Below are positions 1 to 12,270 of a stretch of 64,000 bases of DNA, piece by piece (within the stretch, counting starts at the first letter, position 1; the number at the start of each line of letters is the position of its first letter). The stretch is from contig OZ316891.1 in NCBI GenBank assembly GCA_973895155.1, positions 12,986,937 to 13,050,936 of the forward strand, written 5' to 3'. This stretch comes from Marsupella aquatica. Its lineage: Eukaryota; Plantae; Marchantiophyta. Below the pieces are notes generated by a model. The model worked only from the letters and a program-made list of their open reading frames with translations. It made no database searches and was not told the origin of the DNA. A program made the position numbers and the translations under genes.

Positions 1-2
1 CT

Positions 3-1484
3 GAGTTTGGCACCAATTTGAGTCCTGAATTAGGCCTCGGTTCTGACCTGAACCGGCAAGAAGCTAAAGAGAAGACAACCTGGCACCCAGAGCGACCATC
101 CATTCCTCTGACGGACGGTGGGAAGTATCAGTCTAGCTTACCAGAGCGAAGTGGTGTTTTCAAGTCTCAGGAAGCCCATCTTCATGTGCAAATCCCCCCA
201 GCCCCAAGTCCCAGGGTGGGATCACCTTTAGGGCATTCGTTAGGACACAAGGCTGTAGTTTCCGTTCCACACAATGGAGGGCCAATTTCAACGGCTGAAC
301 ACCGGCGAAGGGCAAGGGCAGGTGCCAATGCGAAGGCCATGTCGGCAGCCATGTTGTCAATTAAGGCAGATGAGACAGCTCCGAGCAATCTACCACACTG
401 GTTGAGAGAAGCTGTCAAAGCAAGGTCAGCCCCTCCCCAGCCTCCGTTACCTCCAGCAATTGCTGCCGTAGTGCAAGCTACTAATACTCTCTACAAGAAT
501 AGCCCACGACTTCTTCCTCCATTGGTACACCCTGGATATCCACTGGTGCCACCCAGGGAGTTTCCAAAGAAGGTTAGAAGGCGGCATCGCCATAAGCTTG
601 GCCAGCAACAACGGTCTAACAGAACTGATAGTGTAATGGTAGGAAATCTTTCAGCTAGTGTGGATCTTTCACGCTCCGTAAAAGTAGAAGGCACTAATCA
701 AACCTCAGGCCCTCTTTCCCACCTGGATAGTGGAGGTGCAGCAAATTCTAGGGTTCCAGCTTTAGGACAAGCCAGCTCTTCTATACTATGGTCCAAAGGA
801 TTCCCTGATTTTCCCTTGTTGTCAGGTCTTGACCATTCCAACCAACAGCAAACATCACACACCCCTGCTGAATCGCTTTCAGAGTTATTTGCAACAAGGA
901 GAAGCATTATGGAGCTTGGCCTGATGGCTGGGCGTCATCCAAATCTACTGTCAGCATTAAACCTCGATGAACTCAATACTCAATCATCGTCAATTGGAAA
1001 AGGGCGACGGCCATGGCCTGACAGTGGATCTGACTTGGGTAGGTTTTGGAAGGCTAGGCAATCACTTCAAGGGAGCCGGCTATCTCCATCTAGTTCGTTG
1101 GCCCCGTCTAGTTCGCTGGCTCCGCCTGTTTCCTTGGCTCCTTCAGGTCTCTCATCACTGGAGAGACATTTCTGCAGAAGCAGTCAAGCTATGGCCCTGT
1201 CGCAAGCTCCTTCAGTTGGTAGAATGGGAGAAGGATCTTTCTCAGATCCTGAAAAGAAGGCGCAGCTACCACAGTGGTTACTCTCAGGTGACGCTGCAAC
1301 AATTGGAAACGATGTTGGGCAGGAGCATCAACTCAAAGTTGAAGCGGGGGATGATGATGATAATGAATCCACTTCCAGTAAGACAGTTTCAGACCCTGGT
1401 GTTCGTGGCAAACGTGGTAAGGACGATGAAGACAGTGATGATGCGTCATCAGAAGAAACTATATCTGATGATGGGACCCAGTGA
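3..1484 (+). CDS. CHR4: Terminal exon (5'-truncated by the window) of a CHD3-type chromatin remodeller, CHR4/PKR1-like
   Basis: The frame is open from base 3 to TGA at 1482-1484. It contains LPHWLREAV..PPLPPAIAAVVQA..LY...PP and the C-terminal SSKTVSDP...SSEETISDD, which match the plant CHR4 tail motifs LPHWLREAV, PTLPPTVSAIAQSVR, SSKTQSDP and SSEGTVSD. Confidence 0.8.
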   Translation, partial: EFGTNLSPELGLGSDLNRQEAKEKTTWHPERPSIPLTDGGKYQSSLPERSGVFKSQEAHLHVQIPPAPSPRVGSPLGHSLGHKAVVSVPHNGGPISTAEHRRRARAGANAKAMSAAMLSIKADETAPSNLPHWLREAVKARSAPPQPPLPPAIAAVVQATNTLYKNSPRLLPPLVHPGYPLVPPREFPKKVRRRHRHKLGQQQRSNRTDSVMVGNLSASVDLSRSVKVEGTNQTSGPLSHLDSGGAANSRVPALGQASSSILWSKGFPDFPLLSGLDHSNQQQTSHTPAESLSELFATRRSIMELGLMAGRHPNLLSALNLDELNTQSSSIGKGRRPWPDSGSDLGRFWKARQSLQGSRLSPSSSLAPSSSLAPPVSLAPSGLSSLERHFCRSSQAMALSQAPSVGRMGEGSFSDPEKKAQLPQWLLSGDAATIGNDVGQEHQLKVEAGDDDDNESTSSKTVSDPGVRGKRGKDDEDSDDASSEETISDDGTQ

Positions 1485-4281
1485 CAGATGTCAGGCCCTT
1501 CAAATGAACAGGGTGTTGTTGTATTCTAAGATTCAAAGTATTGAAGCATAGCTGAACATATTGGTGGTACAGGTAGGTAACGGAAGAGTGACATGGAGGA
1601 ATCGACTTGTTTGCCTGTATTCAAAGTTGGGATAGGGTGTGGTACCCTCCTCCCGCCTCTTCTCTGTCTGTAGTTTTGATTGATCGTGTGGCGGGACGCT
1701 GCCTGACTAGACTATCTCTCGTTGATCATTCATAGTGAGAAGAATTTTTTGTTGGTGTTGGCTTAGCTTAGCTTAGCTTAGGTTGAGTAGTCTGTTGAAG
1801 TCTTTTCCTCCATCGCACGCTTTTGGTCTATGGTAGTTTAGTATCATAGATACACGGGAAAATGCTGAGGTGCAAACCTCCGATTATTGGCATGCCCCTC
1901 TTTAGGGCGAGTAATATTATTGGGGCTGTAATTGATTTGGCAGTTTTTGGAGTACTCGTTGACAATTGGATCTACTTCATTTATGCCTGTGTCCTGTCCG
2001 CAGTTTGCTTATTAAAGAGGATCCTAGATGTCCTTTTACCGTTGCATCAGCAGAGTGGGGGAGATGTGATGTTTACTCGAGCCGCTCCTTGAGCTCCTGC
2101 CAAGCTGCCTATTTTGTCTTGAGCAGGTTTGATTCTTGGAAGCTCCGAATCCAGTGCATTATTCGAGAGCTTTCTCTTTCCTCAGAGACGCTGAGCCTTT
2201 CGTGTCCTGAAAGGAATAAGAATGAGCCAGGGGGGGGGGGGGCGTGGATGGGTGGGTCGAAAGATATGACACAATGTCTGTAATAGAGATAGCATTATTC
2301 ATGTAAAGGAGATTTATCAGCTTTATGGCGACATTTTAATCCCCTAGATGTACGAACTCCAAAAGTATTCTTTTGTATAGACATGAACATTCCATTCAGT
2401 TGGAGGCCTAGAGAGAGTAAGTTGTAAACATTTACATTGCAGAAATAAAATAGACGCAATGTGAATGACTTTCCCATGGTGTCACGATGTTTAGCAATGC
2501 GTAAACGAGTTGATTTTTCTGTGGAATATCACAAGCTGTAGAATTGACTGGAACTTTGTCTGCAAGTGTTAATATTGTATGCACGTCTTAATTGCAATTT
2601 CCACCGTACTCATTTTTTACTATCCTCTATTGGACTGTTGCTATTGTGCCTTATGTCCATTATTGGTCGAAGCTTACTGCAGTAGTACCTCCGAAACTGA
2701 GATTGAACTGTCCTTCTTCACAAATGTGATGGTCCAGCTTTCATAACTCAACTTTTCAGAATCGGCCTTGCACGGGCTTGTCTCCTTAAAAATGTTGCCC
2801 ACTCATGCCAAACAATTGGGCTCCTTCTCTTTCCCATCCTGGAAGCACCACTCCACCAATCTGCACAGCAAGATTGTCTATCTGCTTGCCCTTTGCCTGT
2901 TTTAGTCAACACACATAATTCTTGACACTGCAAATTTGGCTCGTTGGGGTACTCTGGGCCTCAAACCTTGATGCCACCACACCTAAAGTGCACATTCTAC
3001 CATCAGGGAGAGAAGATTACAAACCTTACTACAGAGTCTTTCCTCACACAATCTCCACAAATCAGCACTTCTGACACCATTCATGGCAAATCGCCCTTGA
3101 TTCTACATTTTGCCTCTTAAGGAAAGGGTGGCAAGGTCCTGCCTTTTCACCCTTTCTTTGGGACAGATACTAACAAAACAAATAGTTTCACTTATGTTGA
3201 GCTAGCCTATCTCATGCTTCATGGTGGAGCGGTGTCATCCACGTTTACAAAACTTTTTTGTAAACCAAAGCTTGGATGGACTGGAAGGTTGTCTCTCATC
3301 ATCTCCATGGACTGTGACACATAAACTTAGCAGTTTGCACCTAATGATGAGAATACCTAGATAATAAATGTTCTTATTGACTGTTTACATACATTTCAAT
3401 TACGTTAAAAGACTCTGTGCACTTGAAAGTGAATTGAATACATGCATGGAATGGAGTGAAAAGTTACATTGAATAGTGCATTTGAAAATTTCAGTACTTC
3501 CATAATGGCTTGAAGCACTCTTTTGTGACAAGAGCGACGCTTTCTGGAAAATATGATCTCTCAACAATACTCCTTTAGAATAAAATCCAAGGTGGCTTTG
3601 CACCAGCAGAATAAGTCAAAACCCTCCTTAACACAAGAGAGTGACATTCTATGAAAAATAGGATTCTGTAAAACTATTTTTCAAATTAAAATGTACTTTA
3701 GCTTTGCAACGGCAAAACTACTACAGTCTGGTGACAAGAACAATACTATATGAAAAAAATAAAATTCCCCTAGTTTCCTTGGTGTGAATTGTTCCACTGG
3801 TTCATGGGTGTTGTGTTGTTTGCTTCACTTTTCTTTGGGGTTTTTGCAATCCATTATAATTAGTTCGTGGACCCCATCAGTTTTTATTCGATTGAGATTG
3901 AATTGGAGCGCGCTGCACAGGGCCCTCCTATGGTGAATCCGAAGTCAGCAGTGTTACTGCAGCAGCAAACGCCAGTTCCACCTCCTTAAATGTAACCTCT
4001 TCCATTTTCTTGTGAACTTACTGTATTTCGGTCTGCTGTCTAGCTTGTCTCCTCATCCATTCTTTAGTCGTCTTGAGGCACAGTTTCCTGTTTGTAATGG
4101 TCAAAATTTCTGAACCTAATGTGCAAGACTTCTGCTTCGTAGAGAAAGGCAGGGATGGCGTCAGCATTGTGTGCCGCTGTCGTGGGTCACCACATGTGTC
4201 TCGCATCTAAATTGTAATAGTAATTTCCCCTGTTCAGTGTACCGCAGATTACTTAGAAACAGAACAGTCCCCTTTGTTCCT

Positions 4282-4509
4282 TCAAAGCTGTACAACTGAT
4301 CTGGTTAAATATTGAATCTTCTCCACTACAGCGGCTTTCGAGGCGTGGTATACCTCACTAATATCCTGCGCAATACTTTTGGCGTCGAACGAAGCGCCTA
4401 GAAGTCCTTTACATCCCAATCCAACCGCATACATACCTCTTTCACCTTTCCATGATTGTTGCGAAGATGGCTTTGGAAAACCATCTTGGGCAAAGAAATT
4501 CTCTTCATC
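4282..4509 (-). pseudogene. YUC: Orphan last exon of a YUCCA flavin monooxygenase
   Basis: DEENFFAQDGFPKPSSQQSWKGERGMYAVGLGCKGLLGASFDAKSIAQDI matches the YUCCA C-terminal exon (FF..DG.P.....WKGE.GLYAVGF...GL.GAS.DA..IA.DI). The expected acceptor reads tacAC|GAT instead of AG. No upstream YUC exons were seen. Confidence 0.75.
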
Positions 4510-5010
4510 GTGTATTAGAGGGCATTTCATATGAGTCAAGATGAGTACAATATCTTTCACAATCGCCTAGAAACAACTGAAGGTCACATAATTATGATCA
4601 GTACAGTACTGCACTAGAGCGAATGAAATTTTTGAATCTCATTATGATTTCTTAGGAAACTGGTAACTCACATTCTCGTCGGCAGTTATTGACAATCAGA
4701 CGTAACGCCAATCATAATTCCATACATTGACTTCCAATCATAATTATGTATGGAATGTTTTCAGAGAGTGCTGAAAGTGAGAAATGATAACCCTTAGACT
4801 ATCGACACACTTTCGAGAGGAATGCGTAGACTTGGCCCGAATCGAGAAGGCAAGAAGACAAGTAGATAGAATTATGATTGGCGTAAGCAGTGCAACTAAC
4901 AAAAACGCAGTCAATCTCTACATGCACTCGATCGGAAGGTTAGTTTGGAAGGTTACCTTCTGCCGCTGCGGGATTCTTAACTGCCATGCTATGTTGTTTC
5001 ATTTAATTAG

Positions 5011-5656
5011 TTACTTATTACTTATAGAATTGAACCACAATTCACAAAAAAAGGTGGGCAGTTGGTTACTCACGGTAAATAAAGCTGAGTTGCAGGCCTA
5101 CTCAGGGTAAATAAAACAATTATTTTTGATTATTTTTTAATGAACATTTACGGCATGGCGTCCTCAATTTTACTAAAATCTTGTCGCAAACACGAATGTT
5201 TGCATAATTTCATTGTGGAAACCAATCCGTTCCTGTTTGCAGCGTGCCATGATGATGTGGCGCGCTGTGGAGTCAGGAATTTTGGAAGGAACCTCTAGTG
5301 GGGTCCGTAAATAATATTCTTGAAGAAAATTGAGTTCATTTTGCTTTTTGTCATAATTACGGACCCCCATTAGGGATCCCTTGCAAATTCCCTGGCAGGA
5401 GGATGCACCACATCAGCAAGGATGGTGACAAACAGGACAACACGATTTCTGGAAAACAAAAAGGGCCTTGTCATGTTTGTGTTCATATTCGTGTAAATTA
5501 TAAGGCGTCATGCCGTAAGTGTTAAGTGTAAAATAACTAGAATACAAAGGACAAGATGTCATTTTTTATTGTAACTACGTTAGTTACCTTTTGAGTGTTC
5601 TTAAATTGTTTATTATGTAATTAGTTAGATAACTGCCTCTACAATAACGTAAGTAA
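5011..5656. mobile_element. Degenerate ~650-bp foldback (long-TIR MITE-like) element
   Basis: At least five inverted-repeat pairs share one axis at about 5333.5: 5011-5028/5638-5656, 5143-5160/5506-5523, 5231-5239/5429-5437, 5253-5260/5408-5415 and 5300-5310/5357-5367. Confidence 0.7.
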
Positions 5657-6149
5657 TGACTCATAACTTATCCTCTATCTTTCGATGAGAGAGATACCAA
5701 CGAGAGATGATGGTGAATAGGGTACTACCATTTTGTCACATTGCGTCGAAGAAACGAAGGAGCGATCTTCAGCTGAGTTTGGAGTTTGGAGTCTGAGTTT
5801 GAGTTGTGAGTTGAATGGTGGATACCATATGATCGTACAACTTGCACACACTTAAAGAACCATCACCGACTCAAACATTGTAACATTGTAACATCATAAC
5901 ATTAGAAAATGCCCACCTCCCTTTGTCAATGAAGAGATGTCACAATCGAGGTCACAATCCCATCACCGTCACAAACTAAGCCACTAAAAATTCATTTCTT
6001 TGATTACGTCGCCATCGCTTGTCCGCAACGCAACGCTTGCTTACTGGCTTGAATTGTTCGGCGTGCCTCCAAGATTCAATTGAAGCTCACTATGAACACA
6101 GGTTCACGCCAAATGCAGCCTCTATGTCGAAGAAAAAATTTCTGGTCTC

Positions 6150-6465
6150 TGTTAGATATTGCTCTAGTCTTGTGACTCATGAGCTAACTACAGTTAGGCT
6201 AACTTGGGTTAGGACTTAGCTAATGTTAGCGGTAGTGCTGTTGTGTATATAGCCAGGGCTGATGCCAGACCCTGGTGGAACAAAGGCTCATTGTTATGGA
6301 GCTAGTTGAGAGATAGGGAGAGCTTGTGTTGTGGATGCTTGGTATGGCCGGTCGGCCTAGAGTGCAGTAAAGCTCTTGTGTGTTCCCGTGGACGTAGCCT
6401 CATGTGGAGGTGAACCACGTATCTCTCTGTGTTGACTATTGTGCGGTGGATGATTCATGGGCTTG
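6150..6465 (+). repeat. 5' LTR (last 28 bp missing)
   Basis: Matches 10261-10576 with 4 C/T differences in 316 bp, then runs directly into gag-like sequence. Confidence 0.95.
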
Positions 6466-9400
6466 AAACAGGTGCTCTTGTACAAAGATTTGAAGTCCAT
6501 TTCGTATAATGAGGTGGTGAGCTCATTACTGTCTGATGATGCTCAGAAGAAGCTGGGTCAATCACAGACAGCATCTTCTTCTGGCACTGCGCTGAATGTG
6601 AACAGGGGAAGAGCAACGTAGCGCACGAATGGGCAGAATAGGTTTAGATCTACATCACGGGGGAGATCTAAATCCAGAGGAAAATCGCAAGAGAAGAAGC
6701 CTCTTGCATGTTGGAATTGTGGCAAGCCTGGCCACATGAAAAGGGATTGTCGAGTAAAGGTCCCTACTGCCTCTGCTAATGCGGCATCGAGCACGCATGA
6801 GGTAGATTTACTCGATGATGATGACATATTGTGATGTCAAGGTTATGCTCTCAACGTAGTGTCAAATCCAGGTAGTGATGACTGAGTTCTAGATAGTGCA
6901 TGTACTTTTCACATTTGCTCTAGGAGAGATTGTTTCAGTTCTTACACGGTTTCCAACGGATCAGTGTTGATGGGAAATGGAATCCCATGTCAAGTTGTTG
7001 GACTTGGATCTGTAAGATTTCAGATGTTTGATGGTGTTGTGAGAACGATGAGGGATGTGAGACATATTCCCAGCATGATGAAAAATCTCATTTCACTTGG
7101 AGTTTTAGAGGCAAATGGCCATCAGTGGAGTTCTGCTAATGGTGTCCTTCAGGTTTCAACTGGTACTAAAGTTGTATTGAAAGGAAAGAGACATAGCAAT
7201 CTATACGTTTTGGAGGGTAGTGTAGTCTGTGATTAAGCCAATATAACCTTATCTCATGAGGAGACGGCCTGGCTGTGGCACTTTCGTTTGGGCCACATGA
7301 GTGAAAAAGGTTTGGTTATTCTTCAGAAGAAATGATTACTTTCTAATTTGCAATCTTGTAAGTTGGAATTTTGTGAGCACTGTGTGCTAGGGAAGCAGCA
7401 CAGGAAACCCTTCGGAGTTGGAACTCACACCAGCAAGGAGGTACTTGAGTATGTACATAGTGATGTGTGGGGTCCCGCCCCTACTCCCTCACATTCTGAA
7501 CGGTTATACTATGTCACGTTCATAGATGATTACTCAAGGTATGTGTGGATATACTTTCTACACAATAAGTCTGATGTTTTTGCCACTTTTAAGGAGTGGA
7601 AAAGCCCAAGTTGAGAATCAGACTGGTAATAAGGTGAGATATCTTCGATCGGATAACGGCGGTGAATACAGTTTCGGGGAATTTGGAACGTATTGTTAGG
7701 AGCAGGGGATTACCCGCCATCTCACAACAAGTTATACTCCTCAGCAGAATGGTGTTTCTGAGAGACTCAACCGAACACTATTGGACCGCTCGAGGAGTAT
7801 GTTGAGTCAATCATGCTTACCACATGAGTTTTGGGCTGAAGCTGTCAACACTACAGCTTATTTGGTAATTTTTTCTCCATCCAGTTCTATTGGATTCAAG
7901 ACGCCATTTGAAATGAGGTACGGGCGTCCAGCAGATTACTCACATCTGAGGATTTTTGGATGTGATGCTTATGTGCTTACACCTTCCCAGCTTCGATCCA
8001 AGCTGGAGTCCAAGTCGAAGAAGTGCATTTTCCTTGGCTATCAGAAAGGTGTTAAGGGTTATAGGTTATGGGATCCAGTAACCTATAAACTAATTGTCAG
8101 TAGAGATGTGTCCTTTAATGAATCCAGATCATCAAAGAAGGGGGAGAGTTCTCAGGACTCCCATACTGACAAGGGGAAATCTCCCATCCCGGACCCGGTT
8201 GAGGGGGAGATTAGTCATGATGTTGTTCATGACAGGAGAGATGGAGAAGCTCCGGGCTTGGAGCTGGTTCCTGTGATGGAACAAGAGGAGCAGATTGTTG
8301 ATGGGGTACCTCAAATTCAACCACCAGCAGTAGCAGATCAGCCTGAGTCATCTACTAGAAGAACTTCCAGTCGTTCTACTAGAGCTCCTACCAGGTATGG
8401 TCAATGGGCAGACTCATCTAAGCTAGATGATTTTGACATTGCACCTGATGAAGATGATATGGCTTTGATCTTGGAAGAAGGAGAGCCTTCTTCGTATAGT
8501 GAGGCTTGTGCTTCAGAGCAGAAGCATGAGTGGAATGCAGCAATGTAGAGGGAGTTGCAATCTTTGAGTGACAACAAGACATGGGAGCTGGTGGAGCTTC
8601 CAAGAGGTCAGCAAGTGGTGGACAGCAAGTAGATTTACAAGTTGAAGGATAGTCCTTCAGAGGGTGGAGACAAGATCTACAAGGCAAGGCTTGTTGCCAA
8701 GGGATTCACTCAGGAGAAAGGAGTGGACTACAATGAGGTCTTTTCACCGGTGGCGAAGTATTCCACAATACGGATCTTGTGTCAGCTTGTTGTGTTTTTT
8801 GGTCTGGTGATGGATCAGATGGATGTTGTTACTGTTTTTCTCTATGGCAACTTGGAAGAGTTGATCTTCATGAGACAGCCACTAGGCTTTATGAAGAAGG
8901 GCCAAGAGAACTTAGTTTGCAGATTGCTCAAGTCTTGTATGGATTGAAGCAGTCTTCCAGACAGTTGAACAAGCGGTTTGATGATTTCATGCTTGCTCAA
9001 GGTTTTACAAGGATGGTGTATGATCCTTGTATGTATACGAAATCAGTCAAGAATGATGTATTCGGTTTCATCATTCTGGTGATCTATGTGGATGACATGC
9101 TGATTGTGGCTAAAGATCAATCTGAGGTTGACAATCTCAAGGCGAAATTGAGTGTTGAATTCAGGATGAAGGATCTTGGTAAGGCCAAGAGGATCTTAGG
9201 TATGGAGATTTTTAGGAACTCTGAGACTGGATAGTTGTGCTTGAGTCAAGGCCAGTATGCGAGGAAAGTACTTGCACAATTCAGCATGGAAAACTGTAAG
9301 CCAGTGAGTATTCCTTTAGCTTCACATTTCAAGTTATCATCGGCTTTCTCTCCTACGGAAGCTGTGGAGAAAGGTCTGATGGCTAAGATTCCTTATGAGA

Positions 9401-10053
9401 AGGCAGTAGGCAGTCTGATGTATTTGATGACTTGTACTAGGCCTGACTTGGCCCTAGCGATGGGCAAGGTTAGCAGATTCATGTCAAATCCAGGGAAGGT
9501 ACACTGGGAAGTTGTAAAGTTGATTCTCAGGTATCTCAAGGGAACACAGGACTATGGATTACTATTTGATAACAGATCAGATAGAACGTTAGTTGGCTAT
9601 ATAGATTCTGACTATGGAGGCTGTCTGGATACAAGGAGGTCTACAACTGGGTTTGTTTTTACTCTTGGAGGAGGATGTATCAGTTGGAAATCTACCTTGC
9701 AGAAGTGTATATCTCAGTCTACTACAGAAGCAGAGTATGTTGCAGCAACAGAAGCAGCAAAGGAAGCAATTTGGTTGGATAAGTTGATTGCGGAGATGGG
9801 TTTAGAGCATGGAAAAATGACTCTAAACTGTGATAGTCAGAGTGCTCTTCACTTGGCTGCTAACCAAGTGATGGATAGCAGGGTGAAGCACATTGATATC
9901 AGGTACCATTTTATCAGGCAAACAGTGTCTGATAAAACTTTTGAGCTAGTCAAGATTGATGGAAAGCTCAATCCCGCTGATGCCTTTACCAAAGTGATTC
10001 CTTTGGAGAGTTTCTCAAGACACCGTGCTACTTTGCAGGTTTTGCAATTGTAG
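6466..10053 (+). pseudogene. Disrupted Copia gag-pol polyprotein
   Basis: Motifs CWNCGKPGHMKRDC, *VLDSACTFH, LWHFRLGHMSEKG, YVHSDVWGP, SDNGGEY, QQNGVSERLNRTL, YKARLVAKGFTQ, YVDDML, DSDYGG and NPADAFTK. About 8 in-frame stops and 2 frameshifts. Confidence 0.95.
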
Positions 10054-10260
10054 TGCAAGTAGAGTTATTTAGCAATGTGTGACTATTTGTATATGGATTA
10101 CTCAATCCTGTTAGGCTACGGCTTAGTTCTAGTTAACCCTTAGTTAACCCTTGTGGTTTTTAGGGGGAGACCTGGTTTGGTGATTGTCTAGAACGTCCCG
10201 CTGAGGAATCCATATGGTAGCATTTAGTCCAGTCCCCAAGACAAGAGTCAAGGGGGAGTT

Positions 10261-10604
10261 TGTTAGATATTGCTCTAGTCTTGTGACTCATGAGCTAACT
10301 ATAGTTAGGCTAACTTGGGTTAGGACTTAGCTAATGTTAGCGGTAGTGCTGTTGTGTATATAGCTAGGGCTGATGCCAGACCCTGGTGGAACAAAGGCTC
10401 ATTGTTATGGAGCTAGTTGAGAGATAGGGAGAGCTTGTGTTGTGGATGCTTGGTATGGCCGGTCGGCCTAGAGTGCAGTAAAGCTCTTGTGTGTTCCCGT
10501 GGACGTAGCCTCATGTGGAGGTGAACCACGTATCTCTCTGTGTCGATTATTGTGCGGTGGATGATTCATGGGCTTGCCGTTACGAATGTCGTCTATGCTC
10601 AACA
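10261..10604 (+). repeat. 3' LTR (complete, 344 bp)
   Basis: TGTTAGATATT...CTCAACA, preceded by the PPT and followed by the TSD GTCTC. Confidence 0.95.
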
Positions 10605-11600
10605 GTCTCCCCCTCACACCATAGTTTTCTTAAATAAAAAAATACAAAATCTTCATCTAAAGTGATGGCTCATCCGTTTTGTGCGTTCTTCCCACCGAAA
10701 CGACAAGCGATTGTTTGCCAACAGTCGAGTGTTGTCCTCCGATCTGTCTTGTGCCCGTAATGCTCAACATAACTCAAAAACGATCAATCAGGAATGGTAG
10801 AAACACAATTTCTTCAATGTGTAAGCAAAAACCGTAAAAAAACTCAATTCCTCCACATTCAACCTTCCGTTTGATACACTAGAGAGATCATCTCAACCAG
10901 ATCTATCTCCTCTATCTTTTGAATGTTCTCTTTTGTACGAGCACACACCAAAACCACGGGGAGACTCAAAACCATCGGTTACCCCTTGCTGAAAATTGAT
11001 TTCACTTTATTACACACACATTCCTTGGATGAACATGGAGGTCCACGGATTAATTGAAGAAAGTACTTGAGGCGCTATGAGTAAAATGTGAAGTGCTTAG
11101 TCTGCACCTAGTTTCATTGAGCATAAAGGCCAAATAAGGTGCTCAAACACTTGAACGTACCTTAATTTTTATTTTTATTATTGAACCATAAAACATAGTT
11201 AGAGTACTATCTGGAGGAAAAAGAATAATAAGAGAATAAAACCCGCAAATAAAGCAAAGCTCGCAGTCAAGACTCCTATGGTAAGTGACATGATATCTTT
11301 TGGACACAAGTGATCATGAAGACAAGATTATTTTTGGACAGAAATGATGATCTGACAAGGTAGTTATGGAGAGAAGTGTAAAGAACAGTATTCAAGCATA
11401 TCTTTGTGTATTAGCCCAGTCCACCCAAGTTTGGCTTGTCCATGGGGGCTTCATGGACAACCTATCAGTCCCTCCAGGCTTTAAGTTCACAAAACTTGCG
11501 ATGAGAAATTTTGTAGGAGTAGTAATCACTTAACTTTCATCAGTGCTAATCCTATGATTACAGGCCCCAATCCCATGCAAAATGTGAGACTCTCAGCTAT

Positions 11601-11729
11601 CGCTAGGGAATGCACCTTATGACCAAATGAGGGCTCACCATCTCCATCCACGACACCAACGGGGCCGCTAGGCAATGTACCTTATGACCAAATGAGGCTC
11701 ACCATCTCCATCCGCAACACCAACAGGGC
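11601..11729. repeat. Diverged ~65-bp tandem duplication
   Basis: GCTAGG.AATG.ACCTTATGACCAAATGAGG(G)CTCACCATCTCCATCC occurs at about 11602 and 11667. Confidence 0.85.
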
Positions 11730-11826
11730 AAGGGCTTCTAGACAAATACCTCTTCGGGACCCCTTATGATTTACCCGGCTTTTCAGCCCCCTTTGATTTA
11801 CTGGGCTTTTCAATTTATCATTCAAT

Positions 11827-12270
11827 AGGGTGTCTCAAAATCTGGCTTTAACAAGATAAGTCCCTCCTATAACTCCAGTATTACGGGAACTCCCTTAAAA
11901 TTATGGAAGCCGATCTTTAGCTACCGTAAGGCAAGCCTGCGAGCTCAACACTTAACCAGTAACTTTCCTGAAACTCTAGGCGCAAATCCAGACCTCTGGA
12001 AATCCAAGACTTTGGAACTCCAGAAAGCCGCAATTGAGAGCTTCACGCCTGACATGGTGATGGCTGCTGCATTTGAGGTGGTGGCTGATCAAGAATGGAG
12101 GAAAAAAGAATATAGGCTATGAGACAGGTGAGACAGTAGCTCCTTCCTTATGGGGTGGGTCAATGCTACCTCCCCCATTTAATTTTTTTTATAACTGGGT
12201 TCCATAACTGGAGTAGAGGATATACCACAAATCCATAACTTTCACAAAAGACCCAGTTTTGAGATGCCCT
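11827..12270. mobile_element. 444-bp MITE, PIF/Harbinger (Tourist)-like
   Basis: TIRs AGGGTGTCTCAAAA and TTTTGAGATGCCCT (12/14 match), a 3-bp direct repeat AAT (11824-11826 and 12271-12273), and a subterminal inverted repeat CTCCAGT..ACTGGAG. Confidence 0.7.

Larger units (their letters stand above)
6150..10604 (+). mobile_element. Ty1/Copia LTR retrotransposon (Tnt1/Tork-like), defective
   Basis: TG...CA ends and a 5-bp TSD GTCTC (6145-6149 and 10605-10609). A polypurine tract AAGAGTCAAGGGGGAG precedes the 3' LTR. Domain order is gag CCHC knuckle, protease, integrase, RT, RNase H. Confidence 0.97.

Noticed and set aside
967-1551. 194-aa ORF overlapping the CHR4-like exon
   Set aside because: Alternative frame of a real coding exon with no recognisable motif.
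2229-2257. Poly-G / G-quadruplex candidates (also about 28638-28650)
   Set aside because: Simple homopolymer runs with no supporting context, and run length is prone to sequencing error.
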